The translations under genes were made by a program, and so were the position numbers. Of a stretch of DNA of 64,000 nt, positions 52,020-61,151 are shown piece by piece. The notes under the pieces are model-generated. The model ran no database searches. It had not been told where the DNA came from and saw only the letters and a list, made by a program, of their open reading frames with translations. How positions within the stretch are numbered: the stretch's first letter is position 1; every line of letters begins with the position of its first letter. The stretch lies in NCBI GenBank assembly GCA_029938115.1, contig JAPYOP010000004.1:72752-136751 (forward strand). Reading direction: 5' to 3'. Origin of the DNA: Colwellia sp. (GTDB lineage Bacteria; Pseudomonadota; Gammaproteobacteria; Enterobacterales; Alteromonadaceae).

Positions 52020-53342
52020 TTAAATGTTATAAGCTACCGATGCAAACCAAGTAGTTAAATCATTATTTGCTTTAGGAAAATAGTGCAAGCCATGCTTAAC
52101 ACGATAATCTGCAAAAACGAGCTTAAGCTCCCACTTTCTCGTCGCACGAAAGGCTAATTCAAAATCTAATTCTCTACCAATAACATTGCCATTTTGATAA
52201 TTTTTATAAACGTGATAAACACTCCGCCAGCGTAACTTTTTATATCGACCTTGATAGGTCAGATATTGATCTCGCAAGCCATTTTGCATACCGTAGCCGG
52301 TAAAAATATCAGCCCAACCTTGAAATTTATGATTAGTTCCTAATGGTGTGATAAAACCTTGCATATTATCTTCACTCAGTATTTCTTGGCTCAACTCAAT
52401 TCTATGACTTTTATACTGAACGCCAGCCTGTAGTAAACTATACCATGCTTGATAACTTACCTGATTATTGTCAGCATCTTGTTGTGTCGCAAATTCGACT
52501 GTATAGCGGTATTTAAATTTGTTTGGCTTAAACTCATCACTAATTCGCACACCAAATGTATTGGTGGAGAACCTTGCAAGATCATTATTTTCAAGAAAAT
52601 AACCATAACCAACGATCGAAAGATCATCTTCGGTTTTATACGCTACATTTACTAAATGTGCGTCTATACGGTGTTCACCTAGCTCATTAGCTGGACGCTT
52701 TTCAGTTAAACCATAGCGAATATCATCTTTTGGTATCGTAGCTGTGGAGTTTTGTCCGAAAATTCGATGAACTTTACTGCTATATGCATATTGTACATGC
52801 CAGTTGAGTTGATCATTATAATCAAACTTAAAAGCATCAAAACTTTGTGGTGTTTGCCAAAATTCAATTTCGCCTACAAAACGTTCATTATCAAACGCCA
52901 ACGCTTGGCGACCAAATATCAATTGCCAATTATCATCACTATCATATTGAAGATTGATTTTACTCCAATTAAAACCTTTTGGATCAGGAATAGCCGATGT
53001 CGCTTTTTTCACCGTAACTGAATTATAATCACCATCATTAAAAGCATAGACATAATTAGGCTCTAACAATAATTGCCATTGCTCGTTTTTATCCAAAGTG
53101 AAATTAGAGGTTAGCTTTACTCGTGTAGTAAATGCATGAGCATCCCCTAGCCAATTATCATTAACTTGCTGAAAACGAGTACGCATACCTAACTCATACT
53201 CACCGGGAATTTCCACCGCTAAAACATTATTTAAACAAGCAAAACTAACTAATAACGAAACAAAAACGGTATAAGCCATTCTCTTCAAAGTTAAATCAGC
53301 TCGGGCATTACAGTCATTCTTAAGCGCATAAAAATCAAACAT
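52020..53342 (-). CDS. Outer-membrane beta-barrel protein (alginate-export-like)
   Basis: GRQ.L.FDNERFVG..QTPQSFDA, TPLGTNHKFQGWAD, GRELD motifs and amphipathic strands. Overlaps the anti-sigma gene. Confidence 0.75.
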   Translation of the reverse strand: MFDFYALKNDCNARADLTLKRMAYTVFVSLLVSFACLNNVLAVEIPGEYELGMRTRFQQVNDNWLGDAHAFTTRVKLTSNFTLDKNEQWQLLLEPNYVYAFNDGDYNSVTVKKATSAIPDPKGFNWSKINLQYDSDDNWQLIFGRQALAFDNERFVGEIEFWQTPQSFDAFKFDYNDQLNWHVQYAYSSKVHRIFGQNSTATIPKDDIRYGLTEKRPANELGEHRIDAHLVNVAYKTEDDLSIVGYGYFLENNDLARFSTNTFGVRISDEFKPNKFKYRYTVEFATQQDADNNQVSYQAWYSLLQAGVQYKSHRIELSQEILSEDNMQGFITPLGTNHKFQGWADIFTGYGMQNGLRDQYLTYQGRYKKLRWRSVYHVYKNYQNGNVIGRELDFELAFRATRKWELKLVFADYRVKHGLHYFPKANNDLTTWFASVAYNI

Positions 53343-54174
53343 CGTTTTTCCACTCTTGTAAACGCACACATAGACCACGAGAAACTATTAGACTACTGGG
53401 TTCACCGATGGCAGAGCCACCAAGCTCTTCAATAGTAACAATTAAAGACTCTGAGTCTTTTATTAAGCGCCATTGTGCGTTTGTTAATTGCTGTTCAATA
53501 AGTTTTTTACCGATAGAAATAACCCCTAAGCTTCTAGCTTCAGAGTCTGATTTAGACACGACCCACAACTCTAAAGACTGATCCTCATCAATCGTAGGGA
53601 TACCGACAACATTAACGATTAGTTTTTTCGATTCGCCATAGGTAGTTGCAACTAAATGTGCTTTACCGTCTGGTTCGGTCAATACTGCCACATAACTAAG
53701 TGGATCATTATTCTGCTCAAAAGGCTTGGTTATAAGTAACACCGATACGGCTAACATCGCAAATGAAAAAACACTGACATAGCGTATTGCCGGTCTCGTT
53801 AGCCATGACTTAAGCAATGAACTAAAAAAGTGAATTAAACCGGCTTCATTACTGGAATGTGACTCTATTTTAGTTGCCACCGTTTTTGATTTTTCAGTTA
53901 TTTCAATCGCATTTGCGATATTTTGCCAAACCTGTTCACTAGGAGGGAGTTCCTTGGTTTGTTGATCAAGAGGAACAAATCGTGTTTGCCAATACTCAAT
54001 ACGCTGAGCTAAGGCCTCGTTATAAACAGCCTGCTTCTCAACGCATTGATGAACATGGCGTGTTAAAGTCCCAAGCACATATTGGCTCGCTAAATGCCCA
54101 ATTATTTGGACGTTCTTATAACGTTCAGGTATTTTTGATGAAAATAGCGCATGAGAAGTTAATTGTTCAGACAT
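53335..54174 (-). CDS. Anti-sigma factor, RskA-like
   Basis: LASQYVLGTL, PPSEQVWQNI, one TM, LELW..SLGVI..VTIEELGGS..GEPS. Start at ATG 54174 with GGAGG RBS. Confidence 0.85.
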   Translation of the reverse strand: MSEQLTSHALFSSKIPERYKNVQIIGHLASQYVLGTLTRHVHQCVEKQAVYNEALAQRIEYWQTRFVPLDQQTKELPPSEQVWQNIANAIEITEKSKTVATKIESHSSNEAGLIHFFSSLLKSWLTRPAIRYVSVFSFAMLAVSVLLITKPFEQNNDPLSYVAVLTEPDGKAHLVATTYGESKKLIVNVVGIPTIDEDQSLELWVVSKSDSEARSLGVISIGKKLIEQQLTNAQWRLIKDSESLIVTIEELGGSAIGEPSSLIVSRGLCVRLQEWKNDV

Positions 54175-54788
54175 AACTGTAACCTCCCTAAGCCACGACG
54201 GATCCAAGATTTTATGGTATTAATCGGCGTATCAAAATAGTGAGCAATGTCCTCACGGCTGTAACCGTATAAATAAGCCATTAAAATACTTTGACTTTGT
54301 TTTTGCTCAAGTTTTGCTAAACAGTTATTTAGCAGTTGTTCACTGTGTTTATCTAAGCCCACTTGTGCAGAGTATTGGTTTATATTCTCTAACTGTTGCG
54401 GTGTTAATTCCATCTCATTAAATTGCACCATATCCTTTTGGTGCCGCCTTTGGTCATAGCGCAATCGATCATAAGCGCGATAGCGAACAATTGAGGCTAA
54501 CCAAGTGAATACTTCACTTTTATCAATATTATAACTGTCGCAATTTTGCCAAACCTGTATAAAAGCTTCCTGTAACACTTCGTTAGCACTATCAACATGA
54601 CGAGTAATACGATAGGCAATACCATTGAGACGAGCCGCAGTTAGTTGATAAAGTTCATTAAAAGCTTGTTTGTCACCTTGTTGGCATAATTGAAATAAAC
54701 ACGCTAATTTATCACCATCGTAACGACTTTTCTCTTTTACTTTGGTATTTTGCTCAGTCAATGTGATTTTTCCTTGTTGGTTTATCAT
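54159..54788 (-). CDS. ECF sigma factor, SigK-like
   Basis: GDKQAFNELY, EVLQEAFIQVW, TWLASIVRYRAYDRLR, NTIKSWIRRGL. Cys residues at NNCL and QLCL. Confidence 0.9.
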   Translation of the reverse strand: MINQQGKITLTEQNTKVKEKSRYDGDKLACLFQLCQQGDKQAFNELYQLTAARLNGIAYRITRHVDSANEVLQEAFIQVWQNCDSYNIDKSEVFTWLASIVRYRAYDRLRYDQRRHQKDMVQFNEMELTPQQLENINQYSAQVGLDKHSEQLLNNCLAKLEQKQSQSILMAYLYGYSREDIAHYFDTPINTIKSWIRRGLGRLQLCLNN

Positions 54789-54857
54789 CTTGATAAAATG
54801 AAAGTTTCATATATTTCAACCTAGTAAATCATAGGCTGGTCACAATTAAAAAGACAG

Positions 54858-55982
54858 TTAAAAATAAAAGTGGCTTTGTAAAAAGATGACGTCATAGTTT
54901 TGTTCTGGCATTTGGGGGATATCTTGCTTAACTCTAATGCCTAAACGCAGTTGAATATTTGAGAATGGCGTATACTCTGTAATAAAAGAATATCGTGTTT
55001 GTTCATTTTCGTCGACGTCATTATCAGGGTCAAAATACTCGGCGGTTAATTTAAAGTTCCAACCTTTTCGCCACTGATAATTCATTTCAATTAAACCTAC
55101 CTGTTGACTAATGTCTTGTTTAGTAAAAGTATTAGCTGCTTCTAAATTGATATAGTCTACTTCGGCTAACAATCCAATATTCCGCCATTGAGTCCCTGCA
55201 AACACATTAAACATTTTCGTTTGGTGGTCGCCGTCATTTAGCATTGCACTAGCACCTAATCTGAAATGTGGAAACAGATGTTCTATTCGAGTACCGTATA
55301 ACAAACTATCGTCGTCATTAGTCGCTTGACTCGTGCCGTTAGCCAAGTAAAGGTTTACGGTGGTTTTTCCAAAATTAACGCCATACTCAATGCCATTGTC
55401 GCTATTATCAAAGTTCATACCGGTGACTTGACGAATGAAAGCACTGTCATCTTCAATGCGTAATCCATATGGAATAAATAATTTTCCTGCTTTTAAATAG
55501 CTTGCTTGTAATGATGAATTTTCAGCAAAGTTATACATAACAAAAGCTTCACGGTTAATGGCACTTCCGGGGGCTACTTGTTCATCAACATAAAAAGATA
55601 AGCCTGTTTCAGGGATGCTAAAATGTAAGTAAATCTGCGCACTTTCCGTTGAAAAGCCTTTGCTAGTGTCGTTAGTTTCGGCTTCACTTTTTTGATAACT
55701 CGCGTTAAAACGAGCATCAGTGCCAATGGTTAAGAATTGTGTTAATTTAGCTATTGTTTTACTATCAAATTGATAAGTTTTGCGGGGTAATACTGTTTGT
55801 CCGTAATTTCTACCAAAATCATTTCGCAAACCACCGCCAATAGGGTTCACGTGGCATGCGCTGCATGCAAGGTTATTTTTAATGGCTAAATACGGCTCGG
55901 CTTGTGCTGCAATGCTAAAAGCAAATGCGATGACTGACGATAATATTATTACTGCGGTTATTCGTTTATAAAGAAAATTCAT
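54858..55982 (-). CDS. Monoheme cytochrome c / porin fusion (Cyc2-like architecture)
   Basis: Signal peptide ending AQA, then EPYLAIKNNLACSACHVNPIGGGLRNDFG, then ~300 aa of amphipathic beta strands ending QSHFYF. Confidence 0.75.
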   Translation of the reverse strand: MNFLYKRITAVIILSSVIAFAFSIAAQAEPYLAIKNNLACSACHVNPIGGGLRNDFGRNYGQTVLPRKTYQFDSKTIAKLTQFLTIGTDARFNASYQKSEAETNDTSKGFSTESAQIYLHFSIPETGLSFYVDEQVAPGSAINREAFVMYNFAENSSLQASYLKAGKLFIPYGLRIEDDSAFIRQVTGMNFDNSDNGIEYGVNFGKTTVNLYLANGTSQATNDDDSLLYGTRIEHLFPHFRLGASAMLNDGDHQTKMFNVFAGTQWRNIGLLAEVDYINLEAANTFTKQDISQQVGLIEMNYQWRKGWNFKLTAEYFDPDNDVDENEQTRYSFITEYTPFSNIQLRLGIRVKQDIPQMPEQNYDVIFLQSHFYF

Positions 55983-56862
55983 AATAAAATACTCCTCCTT
56001 CAATGCCATTATTATCACCATCTATAATTTGCCCTTGTTGAGTAACCATAGTTGCGATACTGCTTTCATTTAACCGAATCATTAACTTGGTAATGTCGCG
56101 ATCTAACCCCTGCACACTCACTTGTATGCTCTGGTCGTTAATAACATGAATTGAAACTTGCTCATTAGAAACCAACGTCGAATAAACCGATGATAGGGAA
56201 CCTTTAAAACTGTTAACAAGTATTTGATCATTAGTTAAGTTGGCGAAATTCATTGCTTTGTTAAACCAAAAAACTATCGTTATTGCGTTTTTTTCTCGCC
56301 ATATATAATCATTTTGACTCATAAAGTCGGCAACATTTTCTTCTGATACATTCTCTTTAAACTTTACTATAGTGACTACTGCTCGGTTGATTTTTGCCAT
56401 GTTTGCAGTGTTTTGTGGGATCACCGCTCCTTCATCTATCCATTGTTTAATTGCGGAAATAGTTTGCTCATCAAGTGCAGACTGCCCCAATGGCATACGA
56501 GCACCTGCCCGGTTATCACCTGTGATTTTGAGGTATAGATAGCTTTCTTGAGCAGAGCCGGGCAAAACTCGTTTAAATAACGAATTTGAAGAGTCTACGT
56601 TTATTAAGTTATCAATTGAACTTTCAAGTGATGACAAATCTTGTCCTGCTGCTGGGTTAGCTCCTCCATGACAAACAGAACAAATAGGTGTAAATACGTG
56701 ATCTTGAATTGATGGTAACGTTGCTTGAATGCCGTCTTCCACCAGCGGTACTTCGGTTATTTCATCAAGAGGGCGGCCTTGTTCATCTAACCCATCACCA
56801 CTTCCTGCGTTACAACCAGAAAAAAGTAGTAAACAAATAGCTAAAGATAATGGAAGTTTCAT
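55966..56862 (-). CDS. Lipoprotein with c-type heme domain and C-terminal Ig-like region
   Basis: Lipobox LFSGC. FTPICSVCHGG..RVLPGS..SYL..RMP..IKQWIDEGA (planctomycete-cytochrome-like). C-terminal DGDNNGIEGG. Confidence 0.78.
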   Translation of the reverse strand: MKLPLSLAICLLLFSGCNAGSGDGLDEQGRPLDEITEVPLVEDGIQATLPSIQDHVFTPICSVCHGGANPAAGQDLSSLESSIDNLINVDSSNSLFKRVLPGSAQESYLYLKITGDNRAGARMPLGQSALDEQTISAIKQWIDEGAVIPQNTANMAKINRAVVTIVKFKENVSEENVADFMSQNDYIWREKNAITIVFWFNKAMNFANLTNDQILVNSFKGSLSSVYSTLVSNEQVSIHVINDQSIQVSVQGLDRDITKLMIRLNESSIATMVTQQGQIIDGDNNGIEGGVFYYEFSL

Positions 56863-56932
56863 AGCACATCTCGTTTTCATTAATACATGAAAACCCAACA
56901 CTAGATAATATTAGTGTTGAGTTTGGTCGACG

Positions 56933-58933
56933 CTACGGGCGAGCAATTGTCCAACTAGGGTAATCTCCAGTCGTATCACCAATTTCACTGTCACCTATAT
57001 AGAAATACAATGGTAAGCCTTGATAAGACCATTGATAGGTTGTTGTATCATTTTCTGCACGAGAAATAATGGTATAATCACCAAAGGCTTGCTCTGGAGA
57101 TATTGCATAAATCGGTGGCCATAAGGCCGCACAACTATCAAAACAAACACTAACACCTGAATCTTTCACATCTGAATCAAAAGTGTATAAAGTTAACCCT
57201 TTAAGTTCCTCGGCTGTTTTACCAATACTGTCAAGTACATCGCCATGAGCCACCAGTAACGGCCCCTCAGTTTCATGATCATCAACTTTAATTGGTGCCG
57301 GTCGTGCAACATGCCAAATTGAATTTACATTTTCACCCTTGATATCATCAGCAGTTTCATCTGGCGTGAAAAAATATAACGCCATATCATTTATTGCCCA
57401 CTGCTTGCTACCATTACTGCGGGTAATGATTGAAAATGGCGCAGTTGCTACATCAGTTTTATCGGCAATTAAGGGTGGCCAAGCAGCTAAACAGTCACCT
57501 TCACAAAGACTGACACCCGCCGTGTCGTTATCAAAGGTATAAAGTGCAAAGCCAGTTTTATTAGCGATTGAATCAACAAATTCGTTAGTATTCTCATCGC
57601 GTATTAAGGTATGAACAGCACCTTCTAAGGTTAACGTAGCCCCTAATATATTGATTTCCTGTTTTAATACCGTGTTAACAGGGGTGATTAAATGCCAAAT
57701 ACCATTGATCCCATCACCATTGATTTCTCCTCTGGCAAAGTCGCTTTTAAAGAAATAAAGTGGCATGTCTTGAAAAGCCCACTGCTTAGTTCCGTCGTTT
57801 CGGCTAATTAGACTAAATTCCCCAATGGCAACATCTTCCTCATTTGGTACAAATGCAGGCCAAATATCTAAACAAGCATCAATACAGTTTGATGTGCCCG
57901 TTGTATCGTTATCAAATACGTATAAGCTAAAACCATCTTTATCCATGGTTGTAACGGTATTGGCTAAGGCCGACACATTAACCATGCCCGTTGCTGATAA
58001 TGAACGGCCATTGGCTGTGGTGCGTTGTATAGCGGGCTCTTGTGTGGCTATATGCCAGATATCATTGACTTCATCACCGTTCACATCTCCTGCGGCATTA
58101 TCATTTACAAAGAAATATAAAGGTTTGCCTTTATATGCCCACTGCATATTGCCGTTACTCACCTCAATAATACTTAAAGGTGGCATTGCCATAGCGCCAG
58201 TATCAGCAAGCAGAGGTGGCCAAATATTGATACAATCACCTGCACAGGCAGTATCATTTAACGGATCGTTATCAAAGCTATAGAGGGCAAAGCCCGCCTT
58301 ATCCCTACGCATTTGAGACAAGACTCCTGAACTATCACTAACCGTAAGAATAGTTTCGTTACCGATATAGCTATTCACACCTGAGAGATTAGCTGACATT
58401 AATGGCGTAGGGCGTGCAAGGTGCCAAACATTGTTAATACCATCTCCGCCAATATCTCCCTGAGCAGAGTCTAGATACCAGTGGTACAAAGGCTGGCCTT
58501 TATAAGCCCATTGCATATCACCCTCACCGCGAGCAACTATGGTCATTAATTCGTCTATTTCAGCTCCCTCTCCAGCAAGTAGTGGCGGCCACCGGCCAGC
58601 ACAGGTATCAGTATCATCTGGCGTACCTTCACAACTTGAAGAATTTATTTCGTCATTATCGAAGGTATACAAAGACAAGCCAGATTCAGCAATAATTAAT
58701 GAACCATTGTTATTTACAACCGTTACATTTGGCTTAGAGATCTGGCTTGGAAAGACTGCTGTCGGCGTAGACGGTGGTGGATCAATATAAGGATCATCAT
58801 TCGTTGATGAAGAGGATCCACCGCCACCTCCTCCACAAGCAGAAAGTACAACAACGGCAACACTAGAAATTAAAATGTATTTTGTATAATTGATTAAGGT
58901 AATAATGAGTTTACTTTTTATTTGCTTATGCAT
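56933..58933 (-). CDS. Lipoprotein with five COG4315/Lipoprotein_15-type Yx(FWY)xxD units
   Basis: Lipobox LSAC plus Gly/Ser linker, and five G.xLY.FD.D..C...C...WP..QW....PLY units. Start re-assigned to ATG 58933 (GGATGGA RBS, downstream of the ECF promoter). Confidence 0.85.
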   Translation of the reverse strand: MHKQIKSKLIITLINYTKYILISSVAVVVLSACGGGGGGSSSSTNDDPYIDPPPSTPTAVFPSQISKPNVTVVNNNGSLIIAESGLSLYTFDNDEINSSSCEGTPDDTDTCAGRWPPLLAGEGAEIDELMTIVARGEGDMQWAYKGQPLYHWYLDSAQGDIGGDGINNVWHLARPTPLMSANLSGVNSYIGNETILTVSDSSGVLSQMRRDKAGFALYSFDNDPLNDTACAGDCINIWPPLLADTGAMAMPPLSIIEVSNGNMQWAYKGKPLYFFVNDNAAGDVNGDEVNDIWHIATQEPAIQRTTANGRSLSATGMVNVSALANTVTTMDKDGFSLYVFDNDTTGTSNCIDACLDIWPAFVPNEEDVAIGEFSLISRNDGTKQWAFQDMPLYFFKSDFARGEINGDGINGIWHLITPVNTVLKQEINILGATLTLEGAVHTLIRDENTNEFVDSIANKTGFALYTFDNDTAGVSLCEGDCLAAWPPLIADKTDVATAPFSIITRSNGSKQWAINDMALYFFTPDETADDIKGENVNSIWHVARPAPIKVDDHETEGPLLVAHGDVLDSIGKTAEELKGLTLYTFDSDVKDSGVSVCFDSCAALWPPIYAISPEQAFGDYTIISRAENDTTTYQWSYQGLPLYFYIGDSEIGDTTGDYPSWTIARP

Positions 58934-58971
58934 GATCATAATCCATCCAATTTTAGGTTTCATATAAGCAA

Positions 58972-58997
58972 TACGCCGCAAAAAAAATAAAGTTGCA
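58972..58997 (-). promoter_or_regulatory. ECF-type promoter TGCAAC-N16-CGTA
   Basis: Minus strand -35 TGCAAC (58997-58992), 16-nt spacer, -10 CGTA (58975-58972), at the head of an operon encoding an ECF sigma. Confidence 0.6.
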
Positions 58998-59022
58998 CTA
59001 ATGTTCATTTATAAATAAAAAT

Positions 59023-59294
59023 ATGAATAAAAGTGAATTGGTAGGAAAATCGCTGAAGGGGCAGATATATCAAAAGCTTCTGATATTCGGGCGTTAGATA
59101 GTTTGATTGGCTCTATCACTGAAGAATTATCTAATGGAGGTGAAGTTGCATTAGTGGGTTTTGGTACTTACAAAGTTAATGAACGTGCTGCTCGTAAGGT
59201 TCGTAATCTTCATACAGGTGCGGGAATTCAAATCGCTGCTGCAAAAGTAGCTGCTGTTAACGGTGAGTTATTTAGGTCAAAAATGCCCTGCTGA
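59023..59294 (+). pseudogene. Frameshifted HU (hupB-like) pseudogene
   Basis: MNKSELVGK, then a 1-nt loss in the A-run near 59046, then [39 protein letters not shown] has decayed to VRNLHTG and the FKAGKALKD segment is missing. Confidence 0.88.
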
Positions 59295-59327
59295 TACATG
59301 GTATAAAATTTGGACCGCTATTATTAT

Positions 59328-59364
59328 AAAGGCGAGTGTTTAAATGATTCTCCTACTCGCCTTT
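59328..59364. terminator. Bidirectional terminator between the HU pseudogene and rimO
   Basis: AAAGGCGAGT ... ACTCGCCTTT hairpin followed by T run. Confidence 0.78.
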
Positions 59365-59404
59365 TTCACAAAGAAACCATCAATTGAAAACTTAACCTAA
59401 ATCG

Positions 59405-60859
59405 TTAAGCTTCTTCATCTTCGACACGAACGCCCCAAACATCATGCTCATCTGCATGAATAATTTGAACCCATATTAGGTCGCCAGGTTTGGCATCAAA
59501 ATCATCAGACAAATAAACTTTGCCATCAACTTCTGGTGCATCCATATAAGAACGCCCTACTGCGCCAAGAGAATTTACTTCATCAATGAGAATTAAATAT
59601 TCTTGGCCAATGCGTGCTTGTAGTTTATCCGCACTGATTTTAGCTTGTACTGCCATGAAACGCTGTAAGCGTTCTTCCATTACTTCATCTGAAACATGGT
59701 CAGGTAGAGCATTCGCCGTAGCACCTTCAACAGGCGAGTATTTAAAACAACCTACACGGTCTAATTGCGCTTCTTCTAAAAAGTCTAATAACTCTTCAAA
59801 TTCTTCTTCAGTTTCACCTGGAAAACCAACAATAAACGTTGAACGAATAACGAGTTCAGGACAAATTTCTCGCCATTTAGCAATACGCTCTAAGACTCTG
59901 TCTGAGCTACCAGGACGTTTCATTAGTTTAAGGATACGTTTGTTAGCATGCTGAAAAGGAATATCTAAATACGGTAATATTTTACCTTCTGCCATAAGAG
60001 GTATGATTTTATCAACATGCGGATAAGGGTAAACATAATGCAAACGGATCCATACGCCCTGCTTCGCTAACTCTTCACATAACTGCTGCATGTGTGTTTT
60101 AACGGGCATGCCTTCGTAGAAATCCAATTTATGTTTAACATCAACACCATAAGCAGAGGTATCTTGAGAAATGACTAGCAACTCTTTTACACCTGAATCA
60201 ACTAAACGTTTGGCTTCGCCTAATACATCTCCCACAGGACGAGAGTCTAAATCGCCACGCATTGAAGGGATAATGCAGAAAGTACAACGATGGTTGCAGC
60301 CTTCTGATATTTTTAAATACGCATAATGTTTAGGTGTTAACTTCACACCTTGTGGCGGTACTAAATCAATAAACGGATTATGCACGGGCTTTACAACATG
60401 CTTATGTACTTGTGTTAATACTTCATCGTATGCATGAGGGCCTGTTACACCTAATACATTAGGGTGCAATTCGATAATTTCATCTTTCTTAACACCTAAA
60501 CAACCGGTAACCAATACTTTACCATTTGCGGCTAACGCTTCACCGATGGTATCAAGTGATTCTTGCACCGCTGAATCAATAAAACCACAGGTATTTACAA
60601 TCACTAATTCTGCATCATCGTAGCTATTGGTTACATCATAACCTTCGGTGCGAAGTTGAGTAAGAATACGCTCTGAGTCCACTAAGTTCTTTGGGCAGCC
60701 GAGACTGACAAAACCTATTTTCGCAGCGCGATTTGACTCTGTATTTGCAGTAACGACGGCCTGATGCTGTTCTTCAATCATTTTAGATGGAATGTCTAAC
60801 GTGGTTGTTTGGCTCTGAGCTGAATTACTTGTGCTTGGGTCAAATTGCTTAACGGTCAT
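59405..60859 (-). CDS. rimO: Ribosomal protein S12 methylthiotransferase RimO
   Basis: [21 protein letters not shown], radical-[12 protein letters not shown]-terminal TRAM domain (DAPEVDG). Confidence 0.97.
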   Translation of the reverse strand: MTVKQFDPSTSNSAQSQTTTLDIPSKMIEEQHQAVVTANTESNRAAKIGFVSLGCPKNLVDSERILTQLRTEGYDVTNSYDDAELVIVNTCGFIDSAVQESLDTIGEALAANGKVLVTGCLGVKKDEIIELHPNVLGVTGPHAYDEVLTQVHKHVVKPVHNPFIDLVPPQGVKLTPKHYAYLKISEGCNHRCTFCIIPSMRGDLDSRPVGDVLGEAKRLVDSGVKELLVISQDTSAYGVDVKHKLDFYEGMPVKTHMQQLCEELAKQGVWIRLHYVYPYPHVDKIIPLMAEGKILPYLDIPFQHANKRILKLMKRPGSSDRVLERIAKWREICPELVIRSTFIVGFPGETEEEFEELLDFLEEAQLDRVGCFKYSPVEGATANALPDHVSDEVMEERLQRFMAVQAKISADKLQARIGQEYLILIDEVNSLGAVGRSYMDAPEVDGKVYLSDDFDAKPGDLIWVQIIHADEHDVWGVRVEDEEA

Positions 60860-60901
60860 AGGCGCCTTTGCTAATCAATAGCGTGTTTCAGGTGATTTTT
60901 A

Positions 60902-60915
60902 GTGCGCGGATTATA
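60902..60915 (-). promoter_or_regulatory. sigma70 -10 with GC-rich discriminator for rimO
   Basis: Minus strand TATAAT-CCGCGCAC about 50 nt upstream of the rimO ATG. Confidence 0.6.
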
Positions 60916-61151
60916 CAGGATTACGATGTAGAAGTCTGTATAACTTGGGACTGGCTGATGTGTTTTTTGCACACAAACTTGGTCACCAACTTCAACATAA
61001 AACCCATCCAATAAATTTCACCGTCAAGATAATGTGTTTGGTTTCGTTGTTTATAAACTTAAATCATGTTTAAAAACACCAAATTATTTTTAATAATTGG
61101 ACTAAACTTAGGAATTACTGCTTTTATCTTCCCAATTAAAAAGAAGAAATA

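Noticed and set aside
3183..61032. 15/17-nt direct match TTCCACCGTCAAAATAA (3183) and TTTCACCGTCAAGATAA (61016) as possible att sites of a 58-kb island
   Set aside because: Short and imperfect, would enclose the housekeeping rimO, and there is no integrase or tRNA. Chance cannot be excluded.
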